64,000 nucleotides of DNA from a virus (Duplodnaviria; Caudoviricetes). The notes beneath the pieces are model-generated. The model saw nothing but the letters and a program-made list of their open reading frames with translations, made no database searches and was not told where the DNA came from. How positions within the stretch are numbered: position 1 is the first letter of the stretch; every line of letters begins with the position of its first letter. Below, piece after piece: positions 1 to 8,400 of this stretch. The stretch is taken from positions 1-64,000 of IMG/VR virus record IMGVR_UViG_2634166429_000001; one strand, 5' to 3'. A program made the position numbers and the translations under genes.

Positions 1-94
1 GGGAGCTGGCGCGTGCGGGGCCGCCCCCTGTGGGGGGGGGGCCACCCGGCGGGCCCGCACCCGCACCCCCCTTCTCCCGCCCCAGGAGGGCCCC

Positions 95-430
95 GTGGAC
101 ACAGCTACCCGCGCCTGGCTCATCTCCCAACTCGGCACCGCCACCGACCTCACCAACCTGGTCGCCCGCTACACCCGCCTCGGCACGGCACGCGCCGTCG
201 CCCTCGAGGTCCTCAACGAACGCCTCGCCGACCTGCGCGCCCAAGCTGCCACCGTCACCGTCTCCGGCGTCGCCAGCATCTCCATCGCGGAAAACATCAA
301 GGCCTACGAGCGGCAGATCGCCCTCCTCGTCGACGGCGCCGCCCCGGCCCCCGACGATCCGCCCCCCGCAGAGGAAGACACCTCAGACACCTACAACCTG
401 ATCTACTTCACCGGCCTGGACCGCCGATGA
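95..430 (+). CDS. Putative head-tail adaptor protein
   Basis: 111 aa ORF at start of head-tail cluster, ATGA-coupled to next gene; call is positional. Confidence 0.55.
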   Translation: MDTATRAWLISQLGTATDLTNLVARYTRLGTARAVALEVLNERLADLRAQAATVTVSGVASISIAENIKAYERQIALLVDGAAPAPDDPPPAEEDTSDTYNLIYFTGLDRR

Positions 431-1272
431 CCACCCCCACCACCACCCGCGACGACCGGCAAGAACTCACCGCCCTCATTGCCGCCGGGGTGACCGAGCT
501 CGTACGGCAGTGGCAGCGCCTCAGCCTTGCCCAGGACACCCTGCTGCGCACCCTAGAACGCCTGAAGCCCGGACTGGGTGCCACCACCCGAATCCGCGGC
601 ATGGTCAGGGCGTTCAACGAGCAGGTCGGCGAGTTCGACCGGCTTGCCCGCGCCTTCGCCGAACGGTGGGCCGGCCAGGACCTGCCCATCGCCTACCGCG
701 ACGGCGCCGTCCGCGCCCTGCGCCGGGCCGGGGCCGACATCCGCCAGTTCACGTGGACAGCCGCCCACCAGGAAGCCCTCACCGGCCTCACCGCGACGTT
801 CTACGTCGACCTGATCCAGCGCATCCAGGAGGCCGTCCGACGCGCGCAGGCCTTCGCCCGGGCCGCCCAGGACGCCGCACGCGATGTCACCCTCGCCCGG
901 AACCATTCCGGGCTGCCCTCCGCTCGCCTGGCCGCTGACCACCCCCTGACCACGGTCATCTACTCCAACGACTCCCGCCACCCCGTCAAAGCGTGGGCGC
1001 AATCCGCCCTGGCCTATCAAGGCGCTGTCACCGCCAACCACGGCGCCATCAACACCGGCTTGTACGAGCTCGAGACGGCCTGGTTCGAATGCGTGGACGG
1101 GCCGGAGTGCGGGTTCACCAGCCACCCCGACACCGACCACGCCAGCGGCACCATCCGGTCCGCCGATGACGCGGCCGCCTACCCCGTGGCCCACCACGGA
1201 TGCATTCGGGAATGGATCCCCCGCCCCGACCTCAACGGCCGCACCGGCCTCGTCTCCGGAGACCAGGCATGA
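427..1272 (+). CDS. Minor capsid / MuF-like head morphogenesis protein
   Basis: ATG at 427 overlaps previous stop (true start inside track ORF 13..1272); C-terminal 'DGPECG...HHGCIR' resembles minor capsid family. Confidence 0.55.
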   Translation: MTTPTTTRDDRQELTALIAAGVTELVRQWQRLSLAQDTLLRTLERLKPGLGATTRIRGMVRAFNEQVGEFDRLARAFAERWAGQDLPIAYRDGAVRALRRAGADIRQFTWTAAHQEALTGLTATFYVDLIQRIQEAVRRAQAFARAAQDAARDVTLARNHSGLPSARLAADHPLTTVIYSNDSRHPVKAWAQSALAYQGAVTANHGAINTGLYELETAWFECVDGPECGFTSHPDTDHASGTIRSADDAAAYPVAHHGCIREWIPRPDLNGRTGLVSGDQA

Positions 1273-1577
1273 GCGATCACCGCACTGCGCCGCCATCAGA
1301 CTGGCCGGGCCTCGAGACGGCCGGCATGACCAAGCTGAACGACGACATCTATTACGGCTGGCTTCCCCACGAGACCAACCCGATGTTCTGGCACTGGTGC
1401 AAGGCGCTCGAGGACGTGCCCGCAGACCGGAAGGTGCTGAAAGGCTGCTGGGTCGCTGCTGGCACTGGCGTTCACACGCTGGTCTCCCGGGAGCCGCTGC
1501 ACCTGGAACCTTCCCTGTTGTGGAACTGCTGCGGCCTCCACGGCTTCGTACGAGACGGCGAGTGGGTGTCCGTATGA
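1269..1577 (+). CDS. Hypothetical protein (DUF6527-like C-terminus 'LEPSLLWNCCGLHGFVRDGEW')
   Basis: ATGA overlap at 1269; Cys/His motif. Confidence 0.55.
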   Translation: MSDHRTAPPSDWPGLETAGMTKLNDDIYYGWLPHETNPMFWHWCKALEDVPADRKVLKGCWVAAGTGVHTLVSREPLHLEPSLLWNCCGLHGFVRDGEWVSV

Positions 1578-1810
1578 GCGACCAGAAGCTCGGGCCCATC
1601 CTGGACGGGCTCGGCAACACCCTGGAACTCGACGAAGGCGACCTGATCGTGTCCGCGTTCGTCATCTGCAAGGTGGTGGGCGAGGACGGCCGGGTCTCCC
1701 TCGGGCTCAGCTCCAGTGAGGGCCTGTCCTGGGTCGACCAGAACGGCCTTCTCTACTCCGCCCAGCAGATCGTCAACCAGGCAGAAGTCACCAACGGAGA
1801 CGACGCATGA
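1574..1810 (+). CDS. Hypothetical phage protein
   Basis: ATGA-coupled on both sides. Confidence 0.65.
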   Translation: MSDQKLGPILDGLGNTLELDEGDLIVSAFVICKVVGEDGRVSLGLSSSEGLSWVDQNGLLYSAQQIVNQAEVTNGDDA

Positions 1811-2190
1811 TCGCCCCCGAGCAGCCGACCGCACACGGCGTACGGATCGACGCCCAGCCCGGGTCCGCCACCGTCGCCATCGACGGCACCCCCCTCCCAG
1901 CCGGGCAACTGGTCGGCTACCAGCTCGAGCACTCCATCGCCGACGCCCTGCCCTCCCTGATCCTGCATACCCGGCAGGTCGACGGGATCGCCTTCGAAGG
2001 CCTCGCCCGCGTTGCTGTCGCCGTCCAGCAGGATCCAGGCGCCGCCACGGCCGCATTCCTGGAGGGCATCGACCCCGCAGCCCTCCAGCGCGCGGCCCTG
2101 GACCGCGACGACCTGGACGGCGGCCGGCACGAAACGACCGCGGCCATTCTCCGGCAGCTCGCCGAGTGGGCGAAGGGGGGCAGGCCGTGA
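1807..2190 (+). CDS. Hypothetical phage protein
   Basis: Translationally coupled in structural operon. Confidence 0.65.
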   Translation: MIAPEQPTAHGVRIDAQPGSATVAIDGTPLPAGQLVGYQLEHSIADALPSLILHTRQVDGIAFEGLARVAVAVQQDPGAATAAFLEGIDPAALQRAALDRDDLDGGRHETTAAILRQLAEWAKGGRP

Positions 2191-2633
2191 CCGCCCTGGA
2201 ATCCGCCCTGGCCGGCGTCAAGGTGTGGCTGGACGCCAACGTTCTCGTCGACACCGTCCGCATCGAACTGCCCGCCATCGGCAGCCCTGTCCTGGACCCG
2301 GCCACCGGCGAACTGACCCGACCGGCCAGGGAGACGCTGTACGAAGGGGCGGGTGCGGTCCAGGCGACCGGCCAGAACGAGATGACCGCCGCACCGGGAG
2401 CGCTGCAGCCGTGGGTGCAGGAGACCCGCTCCCGCTACGTCCTCCTCACGCCGCTCACCGCGCCGATCCCGCCCAAGGACGCCATCGTCACCGTCGTCCA
2501 GGTCCACAACCCGGCCAACACGGCCCTGATCGGCCGGTCATTCACCTGCCAGGATCCGGGCCGGGCTTCCACGGTGGAAGTCGTCCGTAAGACCCCGCTG
2601 GACCAGAACCAGGAACGGGGGGCCACGCCGTGA
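2187..2633 (+). CDS. Head-to-tail stopper (DUF6093-like)
   Basis: GTGA overlap; 'DPATGELT...LYEG' motif typical of actinophage stopper proteins. Confidence 0.65.
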   Translation: MTALESALAGVKVWLDANVLVDTVRIELPAIGSPVLDPATGELTRPARETLYEGAGAVQATGQNEMTAAPGALQPWVQETRSRYVLLTPLTAPIPPKDAIVTVVQVHNPANTALIGRSFTCQDPGRASTVEVVRKTPLDQNQERGATP

Positions 2634-3016
2634 CGCCGGAAGAGCTCGCGGACCGTCTCGAGCGGGCCGCCACCCGGATCGGGCCCGCCATCGCCCGGGG
2701 CGTCGAACACACCGGAACCCTTGGCAAGGCCCGGATCGCCGGGAACGCCTCGGGCCGGCCGGGCCCGAACGTCATCACGGGCGCCTATCGCAGTTCGTGG
2801 CGGGCTGAGACCCGGCGTCTGCCGTACGGGGCGATGTGCACGCTGGGCACCGACGCTCCACAGGGCCGCCGCCTGGAGTGGGGCTTCACCGGCACGGACA
2901 GCCTGGGCCGCTATTACGACCAGCCGCCGTTTCCGCACGTGGAGCCCGCCATCGACTTCATCGGAACCACCCTGATGGCGTCGATGCGCCTCGCGGTCGC
3001 GGAGGTCCTGCTGTGA
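2630..3016 (+). CDS. HK97 gp10-like tail completion protein
   Basis: 'TGAYRSSW...RLEWG...QPPFPHVEPA' pattern; position. Confidence 0.75.
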   Translation: MTPEELADRLERAATRIGPAIARGVEHTGTLGKARIAGNASGRPGPNVITGAYRSSWRAETRRLPYGAMCTLGTDAPQGRRLEWGFTGTDSLGRYYDQPPFPHVEPAIDFIGTTLMASMRLAVAEVLL

Positions 3017-3468
3017 TCGACACCCGGACCGTCACTGACAGCCTCACCGAACTCCTGGCCACCGCGACGGAACAGGCGGTCGGAAAGGGCCGCCGACCCG
3101 ACAACGCCGCCCGGTTGGCGCACTACTACATCGTCTACTTCATCACCCGCACCACGACCGGGGCCCCGTTCTCGGACCTGAACGAGGACGCCGAACTCAC
3201 CTACCAGGTCACCTCCGTGTCCGGGCCCGACCCAGACGACCCCACTTCCTTCGGCACCCAGAACCAGTTGCAATGGCTGGACGATGCCGCACGCCGCGCC
3301 GTCCTCGGACGCAACCCGGCCACCGGCGCGTGGCTGCACCCCATGACCATCCCCGGGGCCCGCGTCACCGGCCGTCGGGCGGCCGGAGAGCAGGGGGAAT
3401 CCCCTGACCCAGGCGATGCAATCATGAGCAGTGCGCAGAGGTTCACGTTCACCGTGTCCTCTCCCTGA
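3013..3468 (+). CDS. Putative tail terminator
   Basis: GTGA overlap; lies between gp10-like gene and major tail protein. Confidence 0.6.
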   Translation: MIDTRTVTDSLTELLATATEQAVGKGRRPDNAARLAHYYIVYFITRTTTGAPFSDLNEDAELTYQVTSVSGPDPDDPTSFGTQNQLQWLDDAARRAVLGRNPATGAWLHPMTIPGARVTGRRAAGEQGESPDPGDAIMSSAQRFTFTVSSP

Positions 3469-3609
3469 CCACTGTCAGGAACGTAAGACCGCACCGCGGC
3501 GGGACCCCACGCGGACGCCACCAGGCAGGTGGCCGCAACCCATACACCAACGTGTAAGGGGCCAGGTCCCAGACGGGATTGTCAGGCCCCGGGACCAAGG
3601 GGCCCACGA

Positions 3610-4404
3610 ATGCCGGTCAAGAAGTACATGCGGCGAGGCACGTCGAAGTTCTACTTCGTGCCCGATATCGCCTCCGAGAACATGATCCCGACCCGCTCCG
3701 AGCTGAACGCCGGCACCGAGTTCAGCCCGTACATCGCCGCCATGGACGGCTGGACGGTCTCCAACAACGAGATCGACACCCCCGACATGGCGGACACCTA
3801 CGACTCCACCATCCCGGGCAGCGATAAGGCCGACTCCTCCTCCTTCACGTTCTACGAGGACGAGGTGACCGCGACGCTCGAGACGACCTTCGCGAAGGGG
3901 ACCACCGGCTACGTGGTGATCCTCCGCAAGGGAGACGTGCCCGCCAACGCGTCGATGGACGTGTTCCCGATCCGCGTCGCCTCCCAGTCCCCGCAGTACA
4001 CCGCGGACAACGAGGCTGCCAAGTTCATGGTGACCTGCTCGATCACCAGCCGCCCGTTGCAGGGCGCAGCCGTCCCGGCCGCCGGCACGGACGAGGTCCA
4101 GACCGTCACCATCACCGGCACGCCGACCGGCGGAACCTACACGCTGACCCTCAGCGGGCAGACGACGTCGGCGATCGCCTACAACGCGACGGCTTCCGCG
4201 GTCCAGTCCGCGCTCGAGGGCCTCTCCAACCTCGCGCCCGGAGACGTCGTCTGCGCTGGCGGCCCGCACCCGGGAACCCCCGTCACGGTCACGTTCGGCG
4301 GCGACTACGACGGCGAGGACGTCCCGCAGATGACCGCCACCGGATCCTTCACCGGCGGCACCAGCCCGGCCGTCACCGTCAGCACCACCACGCCGGGCGG
4401 CTGA
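3610..4404 (+). CDS. Major tail (tube) protein with C-terminal beta-rich accessory domain
   Basis: 'IPTRSELNAG...DSTIPG' tube motif; C-terminal 'DEVQTVTITGTPTGGTYTL'. Confidence 0.85.
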   Translation: MPVKKYMRRGTSKFYFVPDIASENMIPTRSELNAGTEFSPYIAAMDGWTVSNNEIDTPDMADTYDSTIPGSDKADSSSFTFYEDEVTATLETTFAKGTTGYVVILRKGDVPANASMDVFPIRVASQSPQYTADNEAAKFMVTCSITSRPLQGAAVPAAGTDEVQTVTITGTPTGGTYTLTLSGQTTSAIAYNATASAVQSALEGLSNLAPGDVVCAGGPHPGTPVTVTFGGDYDGEDVPQMTATGSFTGGTSPAVTVSTTTPGG

Positions 4405-4513
4405 CCCAACCCCGGATCCCTCTCAGCTCCTGGCCGGGCGCTCAAAACGCTCCGGGAAGGGCGCTCGCCCGCCCGGCCAGGACCCGCCCCCCTGACGAAG
4501 GACACCACCCACC

Positions 4514-5065
4514 ATGACCACCACCCGCACCCAGCCGGAACCGCCCGCCGCTGCGGTGGCAGCCGACGCCCACTGGTCGGAGAAGATGCGCCGCCTGCGC
4601 GAGCGGAGCCTGGCGGAGACGACGTTCGTGATCTGCGACGACGTCGACGTCCGCACCCGCTACCAGCGGGCCAAGCGCGCCCACGAGATGGCGCAGGACT
4701 ACGTCAAGGACCACCCCGACGACACCGACGCACCCACGGAAGCCGCCAAAGCGGCCACCGAGTACGACGAGGCGAAGACCGCATACGACCAGGTCGCCAT
4801 CCCCCTGCGCTTCCGGGCACTTCCCCGCCCGGCGCTGGAAGCCCTGTACCGCCAGCACAAGCCGTCCGAGACGGAAGCCGACGACGGCAAGGAATGGGCC
4901 GACACCTTCCCGCCCGCACTGATCGCGGCCGCGTCCGTCGACGGGATGACCGAAGGCGAAGCCCGCGAACTCCTGGCCGCATGGTCCCTGTCGGAGGCCA
5001 ACGCCATGTTCAACGCCGCCATGGGCGTGCAGAGCACCACGCGGGCCGACCTGGGAAAAGGCTGA
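4514..5065 (+). CDS. Tail assembly chaperone (gpG-like)
   Basis: Between tube and tape measure; ends at slippery site ...CTG GGA AAA GGC TGA. Confidence 0.85.
   Translation: MTTTRTQPEPPAAAVAADAHWSEKMRRLRERSLAETTFVICDDVDVRTRYQRAKRAHEMAQDYVKDHPDDTDAPTEAAKAATEYDEAKTAYDQVAIPLRFRALPRPALEALYRQHKPSETEADDGKEWADTFPPALIAAASVDGMTEGEARELLAAWSLSEANAMFNAAMGVQSTTRADLGKG
5053..5059 (+). promoter_or_regulatory. Programmed -1 ribosomal frameshift site G GGA AAA
   Basis: X XXY YYZ heptamer just before chaperone stop; -1 frame open to 5433. Confidence 0.85.
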
Positions 5066-5433
5066 TCGATGACGAGCAGTTCAGGTCCGAACTCGCCCTG
5101 TGCCACCAGTGGGGCATCCCCCACAGCGTGTTCCGCGGCACCGGCGACGGCACCTGGACCGCGCAGGACCGGGCCAAGGCCCTCGCCTACGCCGCCTACC
5201 AGCGAGGTGTCTGCCCGCAATGCGGCACCCGCGATTCGGAATGGGAGGACGACGACGGCGCCTACGTCGACGCCTACGTGTCCGTCTCCCACAAGTGCCT
5301 GGGCTGCGAGGAAATCGCGATGAAGCAGCGCGAGATCCCCGAGGGCCGGGCCGGCGACGGCATGAAAGTCCTCCTCATCCCCGCGCACATCCACGCCGCG
5401 CAGCAGATAGCCGCGGAATTCACCAGCAACTGA
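5059..5433 (+). CDS. gpT-like frameshift extension of tail assembly chaperone
   Basis: -1 frame ORF 'RLIDDEQFRSELALC...CPQCG...CLGC' with no convincing own start. Confidence 0.8.
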   Translation, partial: RLIDDEQFRSELALCHQWGIPHSVFRGTGDGTWTAQDRAKALAYAAYQRGVCPQCGTRDSEWEDDDGAYVDAYVSVSHKCLGCEEIAMKQREIPEGRAGDGMKVLLIPAHIHAAQQIAAEFTSN

Positions 5434-5461
5434 CCAACGGACGGAAGGGAGGGCGAGGCGG

Positions 5462-8400
5462 GTGGCCAACTGGAACCTCAGTGTCGACATCCGAGGGCAC
5501 GGCAACGACCTCGCCCAGTCCCTCAAGTCCAGTGCCAAGCACGCCCGCACTCTCGGCACGGCGGCCCGCACCGCGAAAACCGAAGTCCGCGAACTCGGGG
5601 CGGCGGCCAACGCGGCAGGCCGGCACATCCGCACCCTCGGATCCGACGCCCGCACCGCCGCACGCCGCCTCAACTCGCTCGGATCCGACGCCCGCACCGC
5701 CGCGCGCCGTCTCGGCCAGTACGGCGACGCAGCCCAACGCGCACAGCGCCACGTCAACGCCCTCGGCGACGACTCCCGCACCGCCGGCCGGCAGCTCGCC
5801 CGCATGTCCGGGCAGATCGACACCGCCGTCCGCGACCTGCTGCGCCTCGCCGACGCCGCCCGCCGCGCCGACTCCCGCCTGAACCACGTCGGCGGAGGCG
5901 TCAACGGCATCCGCCGCTACGCCGACGAGACCGGCCGGGCCCGCCGCGAAATGGCCCACCTCGCCACCCTCCTCACCGGCGGAGCGTTCGTCATGGGCGG
6001 CGCCGAGCTGCTCAAGATGGGCGGCGAGTACCAGCAGGCCATGAATACGTTCGGCGCGGTCACCGGCGCCACACAGATGCAGATGCAGCGGGCGTCCGCG
6101 ACCGCCGACCAGCTCGGCAACGACCTTTCCCTGCCTGCAGCGACCGCATCGGACGCAGCCGAGGCGATGGTCGAACTCGCCAAGGCCGGGTTCCGTACCG
6201 ACCAGGCCATCTCCGCCAGCCGCGCTAGCCTCGTCCTCGCGTCCGCCGCCCAGGTCAACGCCGCCGACTCCGCCAAGTATCTCGGCGACATGATGGACCA
6301 GTTCGGCATGGGCGCAGACCAGGCATCCGTGGCCGCCGACACCCTCGCCGCGACCGCCAACGCCGCATCCGGCGACATCATCGACATCTACTACGCGATG
6401 AAGTACGCCGGGCCGGTCGCCCACGGCCTCGGCGTGAACATGCAGGAGACCGCGGCCGCGGTCGGCATGCTCGGCAAGGCCGGCATCCTCGGCCAGACCG
6501 CGGGCACCACCCTGCGCGGCATGATGGCCAACCTGGCCTCGCCCACCAAGCAGATGACGCAGGGCCTTGAGGCCATGGGCATCCAGGCCTGGGACGCGCA
6601 AGGAAACTTCAAGGGCCTGCGCTACGTCATCGACGGCCTGTCCAAGGCCCAGCACCGCATGACCCAGAAGGACTTCGCGGCCGCCGTGAAGAAGTCCATG
6701 GGCAAGCCCGCCATGTCCGGGGCCATCGCGCTCGCCCACCAGGGCGTCGACTCCTTCGACGCGCTCATGGCCGCCGTCTCCGAAACCGGCGCTGCCTCCG
6801 ACATCGCCGCCGCGAAGGGCAAGGGCCTCGCCGGCGCGATGCTCCAGCTCAAGACCCAGGCCAAACAGACCGGCCTGACCATCTACAACGGCATGGCGCC
6901 CGGGCTCGAATTCCTGGTGCGGGGCATCACCGGCGGCCTGTCCAAGGCCACCCCGGCCATCAAGGACTTCTTCGACTACCTCAACGACGCCGCCACCCTA
7001 TTCGGACCCGACCTGGCGGCTGCGGCCCGGGAAGAGTTCTCCGGGATCGCCGACGCCGCCCACGACATGATGGATCCCTTCAAGGATCTCGGAGGCGACG
7101 CCATCGCCTCCGGCCTGCACCTGCTGCTCAGTGCCGGCCAGCTCGCCATCCAGGTCCTGAAGAACCTGGCGCAGGCCGCCGAACCCGTTGTCGAAGCCCT
7201 GTCGGGGCTGGCCGGTGAAGGCGGCACTGTCGCCTCCACCCTGGACATGGTCGTGTCCGTCCTCGACCTCGCCGCCAACGCCGCAGGGAGCCTGTCCGGC
7301 GTCCTGGTCCCCATCGGGCACGTCGTGGGCACCCTCGTCAACGCCTTCGCCGGACTACCCGGCCCCATCCAGCAGTTCGTGCTCGCCGCGATGCTCACCA
7401 GCCGCATCCAGCCCCGCATGGCCTCCCTGGCCACCACCGTGTCCGGACGCGTCACCACCGCATTCGGATCCCTCAACGCCCAGATGGCCGTCCAGCGCAG
7501 CCTCGCCGCAGCCGCCGGCATGTCCCTGTCCCGCTACGGCGCCGCCATGGCCGTCCTCCAGACCCGCGTCCCCGTCATCGGCCGCATGGGCGAAAGCTTC
7601 CGCACCGCGGCCGCCGCCGGCACCGGCTTCACCGGCACCCTGCGCGGCATCGGCGCCGCTTCCCTGACCGCTACCCGCGCCCTGGGCGGCGGGCTGGTCG
7701 GAGCTCTCGGCGGCCCGTGGGGGCTGGCCATCACCGCCGCCACCGTCGGCCTCGGCTTCCTCGCCACCAGCCAGCAGAAAGCCGCGGCAGCGGCCGCCGA
7801 ACACCAGCAGCAGATCAGCTCCCTGTCGGCGGCGCTGCGCGAGTCCAACGGCGTCGTCGACGAGTCGGTACGGGCCATCGCCACCGAGAACCTCATGCAG
7901 ACCAAGGTCAAGACGACGCTGGACGGGCAGCAGCGCCTCGTCGACCTGGCCCGCAAGGCGAAGGTGCCGATGTCGGCGCTCGTCGACGCCTACACCGATC
8001 AGGGCAACTCCCTCAGCAAGTTGCAGAAGGAGCTGAAGGCTACCGCCGAGGCGCAGAAGACGACGGTGATGGACCCGGAGACGGGGCAGTCGTCCACCGC
8101 CTTCACCGTGCAGGGGCAGGCAGCAGAAGACCTGCGGGGCACCCTGTCCGGGCTGTCCGGGGACTTCCAGAAAGCGGCCGCCGACGCCAAGTCGTACAAC
8201 GAGGGCGTCAACGGGACCGGGGACGGTGTCTCCGCATACGGGCGCCTCAAGGACGCGGTGGCCGCTCTCGCCGACAAGACCGGCGACGCCGACTCCCGCA
8301 CCCGCGCCCTGCGGGAGGCCCTCGATCTGCTCTCCGGCGGCAGCGTGTCCCTCCAGGCCGCGCAGGCCCGCGTCAACGAAGCCATCAGCAACGCCAACGA

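Noticed and set aside
4405-4500. Long hairpin CCTGGCCGGGCG...CGCCCGGCCAGG after the major tail gene as a novel ncRNA
   Set aside because: More simply an mRNA-stabilising or attenuating stem that sets tube-to-chaperone stoichiometry.
5620-5790. Tandem repeat CTCGGATCCGACGCCCGCACCGCCGC in the tape measure gene
   Set aside because: Encodes ordinary helical protein repeats (LGSDARTAARRL); not a separate element.
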